64,000 nt of DNA from Candidatus Omnitrophota bacterium (GTDB lineage Bacteria; Omnitrophota; Gorgyraeia; Velamenicoccales; JABMQK01), in NCBI GenBank assembly GCA_028711115.1, contig JAQTSV010000001.1:1240928-1304927 (forward strand), written 5' to 3'. Below the pieces are notes generated by a model, which saw only the letters and a list, made by a program, of their open reading frames with translations, was not told where the DNA came from and did no database searches. Positions 17,457 through 27,143 of this stretch are shown piece by piece (position 1 is the first letter of the stretch; the number at the start of each line of letters is the position of its first letter). Both the position numbers and the translations under genes were made by a program.

Positions 17457-18218
17457 TCATTTTTCCGCGACAACCAGTATCTCAAAATCATCTATTGTCA
17501 ACTTATCGTTCCTTGAGAATGCCCCGAGTTTCGCGCCCAAAATATCGATTTTTTCATACCCCAGCGTCTTTAAAAGCCATGTGAGCTCACTTGGCGCATA
17601 GTAGCGCTCGTTACAGGTTAATTCTTTTTTAATCCCCGCATCGTCCTCGAACACGACGGTGTTGTGGTCCCGGAACGTCATCAGATCGAAAGAACAATTT
17701 TTACACGCTGAATTGCCTTCTTTGGCCGCGGACTCATAAAATTCTTTGACGGAATGAAACAACGGAAATAACCCGTTCAATGTGGTGAATATAAACTTGC
17801 CCTTATTTTTTAACGCCTTTGTCGCGTTCTTTAATATTTCAAAATTCATCTCATCCGTTTCCATTAAAGAAAAACCACCCTCGCAGAGCATGATCGCCAG
17901 ATCAAATTCCCGTTCAAACGGAAGATTTCGGGCATCGTGCCGCTTGAAATCAATTTTCAGATTAAGCTTTTCAGCTTTCTTTTTCGCACTGGCTAATTGC
18001 GATTCCGAAAGATCAATTCCCGTAACTTTATATCCTCGTTTCGACAGTTCAATCGAATGCCTTCCTGTGCCGCAACCGATATCTATGATCTTCAAAGATT
18101 TATTGCGGTTGATCTCCTTCTCAATGAAATCGCATTCGCCCAAAGTCCCTTGCACATAAACTTCTTTATCGTATTTATCCGCGTAATTCTCAAATAATGA
18201 CTCATACCATTGTTTCAT
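17457..18218 (-). CDS. Class I SAM-dependent methyltransferase
   Basis: Motif I IIDIGCGTGRHSIEL, an acidic post-I residue (GIDLSE), and a 253-aa Methyltransf_11/25-like layout. Confidence 0.85.
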   Translation of the reverse strand: MKQWYESLFENYADKYDKEVYVQGTLGECDFIEKEINRNKSLKIIDIGCGTGRHSIELSKRGYKVTGIDLSESQLASAKKKAEKLNLKIDFKRHDARNLPFEREFDLAIMLCEGGFSLMETDEMNFEILKNATKALKNKGKFIFTTLNGLFPLFHSVKEFYESAAKEGNSACKNCSFDLMTFRDHNTVVFEDDAGIKKELTCNERYYAPSELTWLLKTLGYEKIDILGAKLGAFSRNDKLTIDDFEILVVAEK

Positions 18219-18330
18219 TTTTCTCCTCTTTCTTTCACCAAATGTAATGCAGATAGTTTACAATAGCCGTATAATACTGCCTCCATCGATCATCTATATG
18301 TCTTTATCCAAACTTTGTCTTTTGCTGCCA

Positions 18331-20061
18331 TTAATGTAATATCAGAAAATTAAGCGTCGCGCCGACTATAATACTGATGGTTATCATAATGAGCGTCGAT
18401 TTGATTACGCTTTTCATGCCCAATTCTTTCCACAAAACTATAAATGTGGCAATGCAGGGAAACGATATTGCCAGTAATGTCGCGGCAATAAACAACTGTT
18501 TAGCAGAAAGCCCTAAAGGCATTAGCATCCCCACAGCAACATCCTTCCTTAAAAATCCAATTGCCAGGGCAACTATCGCCTCTTTAGGCAGGCCGAATAC
18601 GCCCTTAATTATTGGCGCAAATATTCCGGTAACTATATCAAACAGCTTAAAGTATAAAAGGATATTTATAAACATAACACCCAAAAGGACAATCGGCACT
18701 GCTTCGATTAAAAAACCTTTGATACGAAAGTATAGCTTTTTTAGTAGCATAAATAATGGCGGGAACCTGTAAGGAGGAATTTCCAAGAAAAATTCTGGGC
18801 TGTAGCCGGTTAACGTGTGATTTAAGATTAACCCCAATATCAAAACCAGACTAAATAAAACCATGTATACCCCACTTACATAAAATCCTCCGAATTTGCC
18901 CAATAAGCCGAAAATCATCGCCTGCAGGGGAACACAGGGGACACCGATAGAAATTATCGTCGAGGCAATAAACCGCTCGCGTTTCGATTCCAGGACCCGC
19001 GTAGATAAAATCCCTGGTACATTGCAGCCGAATCCCAAAAGCACAGGAATAATAGCATAGCCGTGCAGCCCGAGCCGATGTAAAACATTATCCAATAGAA
19101 TCGCCAGGCGAGGCAAGTATCCAATGTCTTCTAAAATATTTAATATAAAATAAAACGATATCACATAAGGCAAAACCATCCCGAATTCAATGTAAGGAGC
19201 TGTTGTAAGCACGCCCAGAGACTGTTTAAAATCAATCTTGCCGTTGATTAAATCGCCTATCAGAAGATGGAACCAGAAGCCTTTCTCTTGCCAATGGAGG
19301 GTTAATCTCTCCAGCAAAGGCTGATAAATGTTGGAAAATATTGGATCGGTTATTTTATTAATAATCAGTTCGCCTATAAAACGCACGATTTTGAAGGAAA
19401 CATAAATAACCCCTGTGGCAATCAGCGGCCCGCTTAATGACCGCACTGAAGCATCTTCCAAAAGTTCTCTGAAGCTGTGATGACGATGTTCCAGGCGCTG
19501 AACCTGTTCGATAATACGGCCGATTTCTTTCCAGAGTTCTTCGTTGGAAAGCTTATTTCTCGAAGCCGGGGCTGCCTCCTTTAATCTTTCGATTAACAAT
19601 TTTATGCCTACCCCGGTTACAGCACAGGTAGGAATCGCAGGGGTATTTAAAATCTTTTCCAATTTCTCGATATCAATGTGGACTCCTCTGTGGCCAGCGT
19701 CATCGCACATATTTAAACAGACAACTACAGGGAAACCCTCTTCAATAAGCTGTAAAGTCAAAAACAGATTCCTTTCCAAATTAGTTGAATCAAGAATGTT
19801 GATCACAACGATTTCATGTTTGGGGTATTCTTTCAGTAATGATACGGCTACTTCTTCCGAGCGTGAAGTCGGCTCCAAAGAGTAAGTCCCCGGTAAATCC
19901 ACAACTTCAATTCTCTCTTCGCCTAATTTCAAATAACCTTTGCTGATCTCAACTGTCGTACCGGGATAATTTGAAGAAATTACCTGAACACCAGTAAGGC
20001 GGGAGAATACCACGCTCTTGCCCACATTGGGATTACCGATTAAATAAATCTTCTTCATCAC
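18331..20061 (-). CDS. feoB: Ferrous iron transporter FeoB
   Basis: N-terminal G-domain GNPNVGKSVVFSRLTG, DLPGTYSL, NMCD, followed by a polytopic membrane domain. feoA lies upstream with a 4-nt overlap. Confidence 0.9.
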   Translation of the reverse strand: MMKKIYLIGNPNVGKSVVFSRLTGVQVISSNYPGTTVEISKGYLKLGEERIEVVDLPGTYSLEPTSRSEEVAVSLLKEYPKHEIVVINILDSTNLERNLFLTLQLIEEGFPVVVCLNMCDDAGHRGVHIDIEKLEKILNTPAIPTCAVTGVGIKLLIERLKEAAPASRNKLSNEELWKEIGRIIEQVQRLEHRHHSFRELLEDASVRSLSGPLIATGVIYVSFKIVRFIGELIINKITDPIFSNIYQPLLERLTLHWQEKGFWFHLLIGDLINGKIDFKQSLGVLTTAPYIEFGMVLPYVISFYFILNILEDIGYLPRLAILLDNVLHRLGLHGYAIIPVLLGFGCNVPGILSTRVLESKRERFIASTIISIGVPCVPLQAMIFGLLGKFGGFYVSGVYMVLFSLVLILGLILNHTLTGYSPEFFLEIPPYRFPPLFMLLKKLYFRIKGFLIEAVPIVLLGVMFINILLYFKLFDIVTGIFAPIIKGVFGLPKEAIVALAIGFLRKDVAVGMLMPLGLSAKQLFIAATLLAISFPCIATFIVLWKELGMKSVIKSTLIMITISIIVGATLNFLILH

Positions 20062-20291
20062 TCAACCTCTATTATGACTTTTGTGGCTATACCGTGTCCC
20101 AAAGCTAAAATGCTCCTGCCTGATTTTATCACCACCGGCCCTCTTAAACCGATATGACTTAGTTTAGTGACTTCCTTGCCGTTGTATACACCCATGTTCA
20201 TCAACTTATTTTGTAAACCCGCGCCTCCCAAAAGTTCTATGACCTTGCCTTTTTGGTTTGCCTTCATCTGTGCCAAAGATACTTTTTTCAT
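20058..20291 (-). CDS. feoA: FeoA-family protein
   Basis: 77 aa, SH3-like FeoA pattern (LAQMKANQKGKVIEL...MGVYNGKEV), translationally coupled to feoB. Confidence 0.8.
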   Translation of the reverse strand: MKKVSLAQMKANQKGKVIELLGGAGLQNKLMNMGVYNGKEVTKLSHIGLRGPVVIKSGRSILALGHGIATKVIIEVE

Positions 20292-20316
20292 TCCCTCCCC
20301 TTTCGTTGCAAATCAC

Positions 20317-21060
20317 TTAACTTCTTTTACTAAATTCTAAAACCCCTATGCCTAACATTATAAAAGAAAAGATTATCAGAAATAAAAAATCTATATAAAG
20401 AGCAAATGTTCTTATACCCAGCGTATCCCATCTTAAAAGGTCAACACCGTAAGTTAAGGGATTAACTCTTATAATAAAACTTATCCAATGCGGAAGATTG
20501 TCTATGGGAAACATTGCCCCGCTTAAGAAAAACATTGGCATAATCACAAAATTGGAGATTACACCGAAACCTTCAAAAGAAGTCATCCGCGCCGCAATCA
20601 CAATCCCCAGGCTAGTACAAACAAAGGCAATAAGAAACATCAATGGTAAAAGTAATAATAGATGAATCAAGGGAATGTTTATTTTTATAAAGGGGGCAAA
20701 GGCTAAAACAAAGAGACCTTCAATAAACGCAACTGTCGAACCACTTAAGGCCTTTCCCAGAACTATCGAGCTGCGCGGTATAGGTGCAACCAAAATCTCG
20801 CGAAGAAAACCAAATTCCCTATCCCAGATAATACTGATGGTAGATATCATTGCCGCAAAAATAAGATTCATGGCAATAATCCCCGGGAAGATAAATTGAG
20901 TATACGATATCCCGTGTACGTTAAAAGCAGACCTTAAGCCCGTGCCCATAATTAAAAGCCACAGTACCGGCCGGGTAATCGAACCTAAAAGTCTTATCTT
21001 ATCGCGAAAATGACGGATAAGATCCCTTAACCAAATCATCCATATAGCATCAAAATCCAT
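20317..21060 (-). CDS. ABC-2 type transporter permease
   Basis: A 6-TM, 247-aa protein directly downstream of an ABC ATPase. Confidence 0.8.
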   Translation of the reverse strand: MDFDAIWMIWLRDLIRHFRDKIRLLGSITRPVLWLLIMGTGLRSAFNVHGISYTQFIFPGIIAMNLIFAAMISTISIIWDREFGFLREILVAPIPRSSIVLGKALSGSTVAFIEGLFVLAFAPFIKINIPLIHLLLLLPLMFLIAFVCTSLGIVIAARMTSFEGFGVISNFVIMPMFFLSGAMFPIDNLPHWISFIIRVNPLTYGVDLLRWDTLGIRTFALYIDFLFLIIFSFIMLGIGVLEFSKRS

Positions 21061-21063
21061 AAG

Positions 21064-21864
21064 TTACCTTAATTTATTTCTTGCGCGCAAGAACTGGCCT
21101 AAACGTTCTTTCTCATCTGATCCCTCTTCCCGAATATCTCGGCCTGTGACTTGTAAAAATACTTCGTTAAGAGAAACTACGTTATATTTATTCTTTAATA
21201 CGGCCGGTGTATCTAAATCAACGATTTTACCGTGATCAATAATCCCCACGCGCTGGCATATCTCAGCTTCATCCATATAATGCGTGGTGAGGAATACAGT
21301 TATACTTTGCCTTTGCGCAAGGTTTAATATGTAATCCCAGATATACTGCCTTGTCTGTGGGTCTAATCCTATAGTTGGTTCATCTAAAAAAAGAATTTTA
21401 GGACTATGCATCAGACCCCTGGCGATTTCTAGTCTTCGCTTCATGCCTCCTGAAAAAGTGCGCACGACATAATCTTTCTTTGGGTACAATCCCACCATAT
21501 TCAACACCTCTTCTATGCGTGCCTTTCTAATCTTGGAAGGCAGATGGTAAATCATACCATGGAAATTTAAATTCTCGTAAGCACTAAGCCGTTCATCAAG
21601 GCTGGGATCCTGAAAAATAATCCCGATTGATTTCCTTACTTCAGTAGGATTTGTTACAACATTAAATCCATTCACCATCGCCTCTCCGCTTGTGGGAATC
21701 AGCAGAGTACAAAGAATATTTATGGTCGTAGTTTTACCTGCACCATTAGGTCCTAAAAAGCCAAACAATTCGGCTTTATTAATTTCAAATGAAATTCCGT
21801 CCACCGCTCGAACAGGACCGAAATGTTTTGATAAATTCTTGACACTTATCGCTATTCCATTCAT
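21064..21864 (-). CDS. ABC transporter ATP-binding protein (DrrA/CcmA-like)
   Basis: Walker A GPNGAGKTTT, signature FSGGMKRRL, Walker B ILFLDEPTIGLD, and an H-loop TTHYMDEA. Confidence 0.9.
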   Translation of the reverse strand: MNGIAISVKNLSKHFGPVRAVDGISFEINKAELFGFLGPNGAGKTTTINILCTLLIPTSGEAMVNGFNVVTNPTEVRKSIGIIFQDPSLDERLSAYENLNFHGMIYHLPSKIRKARIEEVLNMVGLYPKKDYVVRTFSGGMKRRLEIARGLMHSPKILFLDEPTIGLDPQTRQYIWDYILNLAQRQSITVFLTTHYMDEAEICQRVGIIDHGKIVDLDTPAVLKNKYNVVSLNEVFLQVTGRDIREEGSDEKERLGQFLRARNKLR

Positions 21865-22041
21865 ATCTTAATGGCCTTCTATGGTTTCTACGATAATATA
21901 AACCGACATGTTTTTTACCTTTATTTTAAAACAACTCCTCCGCTATCCTATTTATAGTCCGTCTTTAGTACAGCTATCGGCCATCCAAAATCTTTAATGA
22001 ATAACTTTTTGGAATCAATTTCTTATTTCATTATGGATTGG

Positions 22042-23694
22042 CTATTTCTTCGCCGGCTGAATCCTTAAGATATACTCATTACCTATGGTTTTTAGGATAG
22101 TAAAATCAAACCCCTGTTTAGTTATGCGTTCAATATCTTTAACTGATGATTTCCGCAAAGCACAGTAGGTTACCGATTGGTTACGCAAGAAATCTTTGAC
22201 TTTCTCGTCAGAATCAAGAAATGGAATCGGATGTGGACTGAAGAAATTGCTTCCCGGATTACTTATGAGCGCGACTTTTCTATCTGCATAGTACCTTACC
22301 CCCCTGACAAATGGCTTTGAGCATAAAATTACAGAATTCGCATCCGTATTCTTAACTAAGTATTCACCTGTTGCGTTGGAAGAAAAATAAGGCTCGATGT
22401 CATTTTTGATAAAAGGCACCATCAGTAACATTATGGGCAGAATCAATGCCAGAAGAATGACAGTCTTAAAGAATTCCCGCCGCAAAATAAATCGTAACAT
22501 TGCCAAAAGCAGACAAGAAATAATCAAACCAAAAGAATAAAGCGGGATTTTGGCAGATATATATCCCGGATAAAGAATAGGGCCGAAAAATAACGCAACG
22601 GGTAACAAAAGAAGTGCACACCAAACCAAGATAAAAAGCGAAGTCGTAAAAAGATTATTTTTGCCCTCAGCGATATTAACAATATAATCTCCTGTCAACA
22701 AAGCAAGTGCAGGAAGAAGGGGAAAAATATAACTGGCGAGCTTTGAATGGGCAGACTGAAAAACTACGAAAACAACCGCAATCCAACACGCTAAGAAAAT
22801 ACAAACCGGTTCCCTTTGGCGTAAACGTCTTTTTACAAAAGTGTATAACGAAACCAACACGAATATACTCCATGGAAATACACCTGCTATCATTGAAAAA
22901 GGGTAAAAATACCATGTATCATTCGTTTTATGCTCGGCTGTGATAAGACGCCTGATATGGTCGTTGTAAAAGAACTCGTGCGTAAATGCATTTTTGTATT
23001 TTGTAAACATATACGCATACCAGGGCAATGCAATCACTGTAAAAACAAGCGCACCCCATATCGCATATACGCACCATAAATACATGACCTCATGCCTAAA
23101 CCATAGAAAGAGTACGATGATTAAAAAAGGTATAATAAATCCCAAAGGTCCTTTTGTTAATACCGCAAGCGCAGAAAATACAGAAAATAAAATCAGACTT
23201 ACTCCCTTTCTTTCTCTTCTTAAATATCCCCAGAGAAAAGAAAGTAAAGACAATAAAATCCATACTGAAAAAACCATATCAGTAAACACAGTTCTGGCCA
23301 ATCCTATATAAAGCCCCGAAGACAATAATACCAATGCCGAGTAAAAAGCCTTCCTGGAATCCTTAAAACCGCACAAACCAAGGTAATATACCGCCAATAC
23401 GCCGAGGGCAGCAAATACCGCCGGAAAAATTCGGGCGCTAAAACTGGAAACACCAAATAATATAAATCCGATGCGTAAAAGCCAATACAAAAAGATTGGC
23501 TTCTCAAAATTGGGCGCATCAAATAAATAAGGAGTTAGCCAGCTTGAATGTTTTACCATTTCTTTGGCAATCTGGGTATAAAAAACCTCGTCGGGATTAG
23601 TCAGGCTCATAATGCCATTTCCGAATATAAAGAAAAAATACGATAATATAAGCAAGATGAAAACGTGTTTTGTGTCTTGGCGCAATTTGGTCAT
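22042..23694 (-). CDS. GT-C fold glycosyltransferase (family 39 / ArnT-like)
   Basis: 550 aa with more than 10 TM segments. N-terminal loop NPDEVFYTQIAKEM is typical of PMT/ArnT-type enzymes. The C-terminal domain is soluble. Confidence 0.7.
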   Translation of the reverse strand: MTKLRQDTKHVFILLILSYFFFIFGNGIMSLTNPDEVFYTQIAKEMVKHSSWLTPYLFDAPNFEKPIFLYWLLRIGFILFGVSSFSARIFPAVFAALGVLAVYYLGLCGFKDSRKAFYSALVLLSSGLYIGLARTVFTDMVFSVWILLSLLSFLWGYLRRERKGVSLILFSVFSALAVLTKGPLGFIIPFLIIVLFLWFRHEVMYLWCVYAIWGALVFTVIALPWYAYMFTKYKNAFTHEFFYNDHIRRLITAEHKTNDTWYFYPFSMIAGVFPWSIFVLVSLYTFVKRRLRQREPVCIFLACWIAVVFVVFQSAHSKLASYIFPLLPALALLTGDYIVNIAEGKNNLFTTSLFILVWCALLLLPVALFFGPILYPGYISAKIPLYSFGLIISCLLLAMLRFILRREFFKTVILLALILPIMLLMVPFIKNDIEPYFSSNATGEYLVKNTDANSVILCSKPFVRGVRYYADRKVALISNPGSNFFSPHPIPFLDSDEKVKDFLRNQSVTYCALRKSSVKDIERITKQGFDFTILKTIGNEYILRIQPAKK

Positions 23695-24437
23695 TTGTTT
23701 TTATTATCTAATAATTCAGTTAGCGTTACAAACCTGTAGCCTTTTTTGGTTAATTCATCGACTAATAAGGGAATGGTTCTAACCGTTTCATCGCGGTCTC
23801 CACCTTCGGTGCTAAAAACTCCACCGCTATCATGAAAAAGAATAATGTCTCCGGGCCTGATATTCTTAAGTATATATTTTACAATGTATTTGTCATCAAA
23901 AGTAACCCAATCCTTTGAATTAAGCGACCACAAAACAACTCTGTAGCCCAGCCCTTCTATTTTTTTCCTTTCCTTTACGGTCAGCCAGGCTTTGGGCGGA
24001 CGGAAATACCTGGTGGTTTTGCCTGTGACTTTTTTTATAATTTGCTCGGTATCCTTTATCTCATTTTCCAATTCCCCGAAGGAATAATAAAGCAAAACAT
24101 GGTGGTCGTAGGTGTGATTGCCGATTTCATGCCTTTCCTGCGCAACCCGCCGCGCAATTTCAGGATATTTTGCAACATGTTCTCCCAACATAAAAAAGGT
24201 TGCTTTAATATGAGCCTTCTTTAGTTCATCTAATATTTTTGGCGTCCAGACCTGAGATGGACCGTCATCAAACGTCAATGCAACTACTTTTTCCACTCTA
24301 TTAACACGGAAAACAGACTTTTTTCTTACCAATACAGCTTCATCGAAAAGAACACAAAATGATACTATCGCGAGGCTTATAAAAATAACCAAAATTATCG
24401 TTATTTTAATACAATTTTTCATATACTTTTCCGCCAT
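23691..24437 (-). CDS. Polysaccharide deacetylase (NodB homology domain), membrane-anchored
   Basis: VALTFDDGP, HTYDHH and ILFHD motifs, with an N-terminal TM. There is a 4-nt overlap with the GT39-like gene. Confidence 0.85.
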   Translation of the reverse strand: MAEKYMKNCIKITIILVIFISLAIVSFCVLFDEAVLVRKKSVFRVNRVEKVVALTFDDGPSQVWTPKILDELKKAHIKATFFMLGEHVAKYPEIARRVAQERHEIGNHTYDHHVLLYYSFGELENEIKDTEQIIKKVTGKTTRYFRPPKAWLTVKERKKIEGLGYRVVLWSLNSKDWVTFDDKYIVKYILKNIRPGDIILFHDSGGVFSTEGGDRDETVRTIPLLVDELTKKGYRFVTLTELLDNKNK

Positions 24438-24495
24438 ACGCCTGAATTTATCCTAGTTTTATCAACGCCTGCGTAAATTTATCTTCTGATTTTTT

Positions 24496-24765
24496 CTACC
24501 CATTTACCAACTCTTCCTTTTGCAACCTCGTAAACTTCTTAATCCTTTTCTCCTCCAAGAACGCTAACTTAAAATACTTATACTCTTTGCACCAAACTAA
24601 TTTTACCGGCCTTCTGTCCCTGGTATATTTGGCGCCTTTGCCGTCGTTATGAAGAGAAATTCTTTTTTCCAAATTATTGGTGCTTCCGGTATAATATGCC
24701 CCGTTTTTACATTCAAGGATATATACAAAAAATTTTCCGCTTCTATTGAATTTCCTTTTCTTCAT
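24496..24765 (-). CDS. GIY-YIG domain protein (small YhbQ/UPF0213-like)
   Basis: FFVYILECKNGAYYTGSTNNLEKRISLHNDGKGAKYT. It is 89 aa and a single domain. Confidence 0.8.
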   Translation of the reverse strand: MKKRKFNRSGKFFVYILECKNGAYYTGSTNNLEKRISLHNDGKGAKYTRDRRPVKLVWCKEYKYFKLAFLEEKRIKKFTRLQKEELVNG

Positions 24766-24776
24766 TAAGGTTTTGG

Positions 24777-25490
24777 CTATATCAAGCTCGGGGATAAATC
24801 ACAATAGTAAAAACGATTCTCGCGGCAGACGATATCGCCTTTTTTATACATTATGCTTTTGTTAAATATCGGGCCGTCGTAAACGAATGAATGGAATTCT
24901 CCGTTTTCGCCACAAGGATCAACTCCGGGTGGAAGTTCGGCTAAAAATTGTTTATCGAATTGCCTTCCGCAAAAAGATTTATCAAGAACTTTGGAATCGA
25001 CGCAGGTAATAATCGCCTTGAATCCCGAGTCGATAAATGTATGCGCAAGCTCTGAGCTATTTCTTTTCCAAATAGGAAAAATCCCTTTCATATTTACCTT
25101 TGATAGATTGTCTTCGCGATATTTTCTTAAATCTTCCAGAAAAACATCCCCAAAAGCTACAGAAGAGATGCCCAGTCTCTGATATTGAACTAATTTGTCC
25201 TTCATTTTGCTTTCATATTCTTCATTGGATGAAATCTTACTAATATAAACTTTTTCTAAGGGTAGGCCTAAGGATTGCGCCTGTTGTTCCAAAAGAATTC
25301 TCTGAACGCCGTGCATGCTAATCCTGTCATAATCTTGTGTTATTGTGGTAAGCAATGCCGATATCTTATATCCGCCAGCTTTTTGCAATTCATAAAGCGC
25401 CATCGCGCTGTCTTTGCCGCCGCTCCAGGCAAAAAGCACCTTTTCAAGCATTGTCGTAGTGCTATTGATATTTAAAGTCTCTGGATTCAT
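24777..25490 (-). CDS. PP-loop ATP pyrophosphatase, Dph6/MJ0570-like (ATP_bind_4/DUF71)
   Basis: FAWSGGKDSAMAL PP-loop and ...GENGEFHSFV near the C-terminus. Confidence 0.6.
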   Translation of the reverse strand: MNPETLNINSTTTMLEKVLFAWSGGKDSAMALYELQKAGGYKISALLTTITQDYDRISMHGVQRILLEQQAQSLGLPLEKVYISKISSNEEYESKMKDKLVQYQRLGISSVAFGDVFLEDLRKYREDNLSKVNMKGIFPIWKRNSSELAHTFIDSGFKAIITCVDSKVLDKSFCGRQFDKQFLAELPPGVDPCGENGEFHSFVYDGPIFNKSIMYKKGDIVCRENRFYYCDLSPSLI

Positions 25491-26728
25491 TTTGATTTTA
25501 GAGCCAGGGATTCTTTTCTCATGGCGAAGAAAATAGGTATGGCTAAAATTTCCACTGCTACAGCCCCGATAACAAGAAGATTGAGCGATTTCTCATAAAG
25601 CAGGCCCATCAGTGAACTGCCTATAAGAATTGCAAATCCATACGAGGTGTTAAAAATGCCGTAGCCGGTACCCCGTTTATTTAAAGGCGTGAGATCCGCA
25701 ATTGCCGACCTCATAATGGTTTCGTGAGCGCCCATAACCACACCCCACAGGATAACACTTGCAAACGCCATCATATAACTTTTAGAAAACGCAAGTATGG
25801 GTATAAACAGAGAAAAAAGAGGAATTATAATCAGAGTAGACAAACCTGCTTTATCATTATTATTTCTATTCTTAAATATATCGTAGGCCTTGCCAATAAG
25901 CAATGCCACGACGGCATCCACTCCCATGGCAATAGCGTAAAAAAGCGGAATTTGGGCATCGGAAAGAATATGTTGTGCCTTAAAGTGATATCCTATTAAT
26001 GCAAAATTGGCAAAACCCAGAGTAGTCACAAAGCTAAAAATAGTGTAAAGCCAGAAAATTCTGGTTAATTTTCCCGGGCCTTCTGTTTTTTTCAGAGAAG
26101 TCTCCAGATGCTGCGGATCAGGCACGCGCTTATAAGCTAAAAAAAGGCAAAACATAACCATCACGAAAGGAACCCACAAAAACCGGTAGCCGTGCTGATA
26201 ATCGACAATAGTTTTATCTTTTACCCCTGAGAAAAAGAACAGCCCCGCAAAAATAAGCGGCCCTGCAATGGCACCGATTTGATCCATTGCCTCAAGAATA
26301 CCAAAACCAAGGCCTGTGCCGATTTGCTGCGTGGCATGAGACAGGATGGTATCTTTCGCCGGGCTGCGCAGCGCCTTTCCTATTCTCTCAAAAACGATAA
26401 ATAAAACCGCAATCTGCCAAATCCCCGTCAAAGACAGCAACGGAATGCTAATCAGCATTCCGTATCCCAAGAAAGTAAAAATCCAGTAGGCCTTTGTTTT
26501 ATCGGAAAAATAACCGGAAAATAAACGGATGGCATAGCCCATAAATTCTCCGATGCCAGCCACCAATCCCACAATAATTGCATTTGCGCCGAGAACTTTA
26601 AGGTATGGGCCGTTTACGCCGCGCGCGCCTTCATACACGATATCGCCAAAAAGGCTCACCAGCCCAAAAAGAATGATAAGCTGAATTGCTGTTTTCTTAT
26701 AATTTACTATTCCTGAAATTTCTTTCAT
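25487..26728 (-). CDS. MFS transporter
   Basis: 413 aa, about 12 TM, with an MFS-like loop motif (GYFSDKT). Confidence 0.8.
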   Translation of the reverse strand: MKEISGIVNYKKTAIQLIILFGLVSLFGDIVYEGARGVNGPYLKVLGANAIIVGLVAGIGEFMGYAIRLFSGYFSDKTKAYWIFTFLGYGMLISIPLLSLTGIWQIAVLFIVFERIGKALRSPAKDTILSHATQQIGTGLGFGILEAMDQIGAIAGPLIFAGLFFFSGVKDKTIVDYQHGYRFLWVPFVMVMFCLFLAYKRVPDPQHLETSLKKTEGPGKLTRIFWLYTIFSFVTTLGFANFALIGYHFKAQHILSDAQIPLFYAIAMGVDAVVALLIGKAYDIFKNRNNNDKAGLSTLIIIPLFSLFIPILAFSKSYMMAFASVILWGVVMGAHETIMRSAIADLTPLNKRGTGYGIFNTSYGFAILIGSSLMGLLYEKSLNLLVIGAVAVEILAIPIFFAMRKESLALKSK

Positions 26729-26760
26729 GGATATCTTTCTGAATTCCTACTATGAGAATC

Positions 26761-27105
26761 TTAACGGCTTTCCTTCTCGTAAAACTTCTTTAAATCTTTG
26801 GTGAGAAAATAACTTAGGATTGTCCGGATGACTACAATAGCACCCAGAATCCCTAATCCTGTCCAGGTAGGAGTAATGATGGTTTTAATAATATCTCCGG
26901 AGATAAAAAATTCCAGCGCCAATACCAAGTAGCTGCCCAGTTTCATACGGATTACCTCGTTATATTTCAGGCAATCCTTTTGTCTGGATATTTCCTTGCT
27001 CAAAAATTCAACCAGAGAAAGAAAAACGCCCCACACTGTGATTAAGGCGCCGATAACATTTAAACCAAAGCCGAAACTCTCTACAACGCTATGAAATAAA
27101 TCCAT
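26761..27105 (-). CDS. Small membrane protein, DUF1622-like
   Basis: 114 aa, with ...LALEFFISGDIIKTI...VVIRTILSYFL reminiscent of DUF1622. This is recalled from memory and unverified. Confidence 0.45.
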   Translation of the reverse strand: MDLFHSVVESFGFGLNVIGALITVWGVFLSLVEFLSKEISRQKDCLKYNEVIRMKLGSYLVLALEFFISGDIIKTIITPTWTGLGILGAIVVIRTILSYFLTKDLKKFYEKESR

Positions 27106-27143
27106 AAAACCTCCTTTGTAACGAAATCTGCCTTAAAAAGCGC

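Noticed and set aside
21868-21909. A 13-codon upstream ORF (MSVYIIVETIEGH*) ending 3 nt before the ABC ATPase start, considered as a leader-peptide attenuator.
   Set aside because: It is very short, has only a weak SD, and I could see no alternative-hairpin architecture. It cannot be distinguished from chance without conservation data.
22676-23522. Same-strand small ORFs (22676-22915, 23304-23522) inside the GT39-like gene. Analogous cases are 12012-12203, 28259-28465, 46672-46884 and 62564-62767.
   Set aside because: They are out-of-frame overlaps wholly within longer, motif-supported genes, and their sequences are featureless.
24496-24765. A GIY-YIG protein considered as a homing endonuclease or mobile element.
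   Set aside because: It is only 89 aa, has a single domain (YhbQ/UPF0213-like) and no DNA-binding extension. It is not inserted in a host gene or intron.
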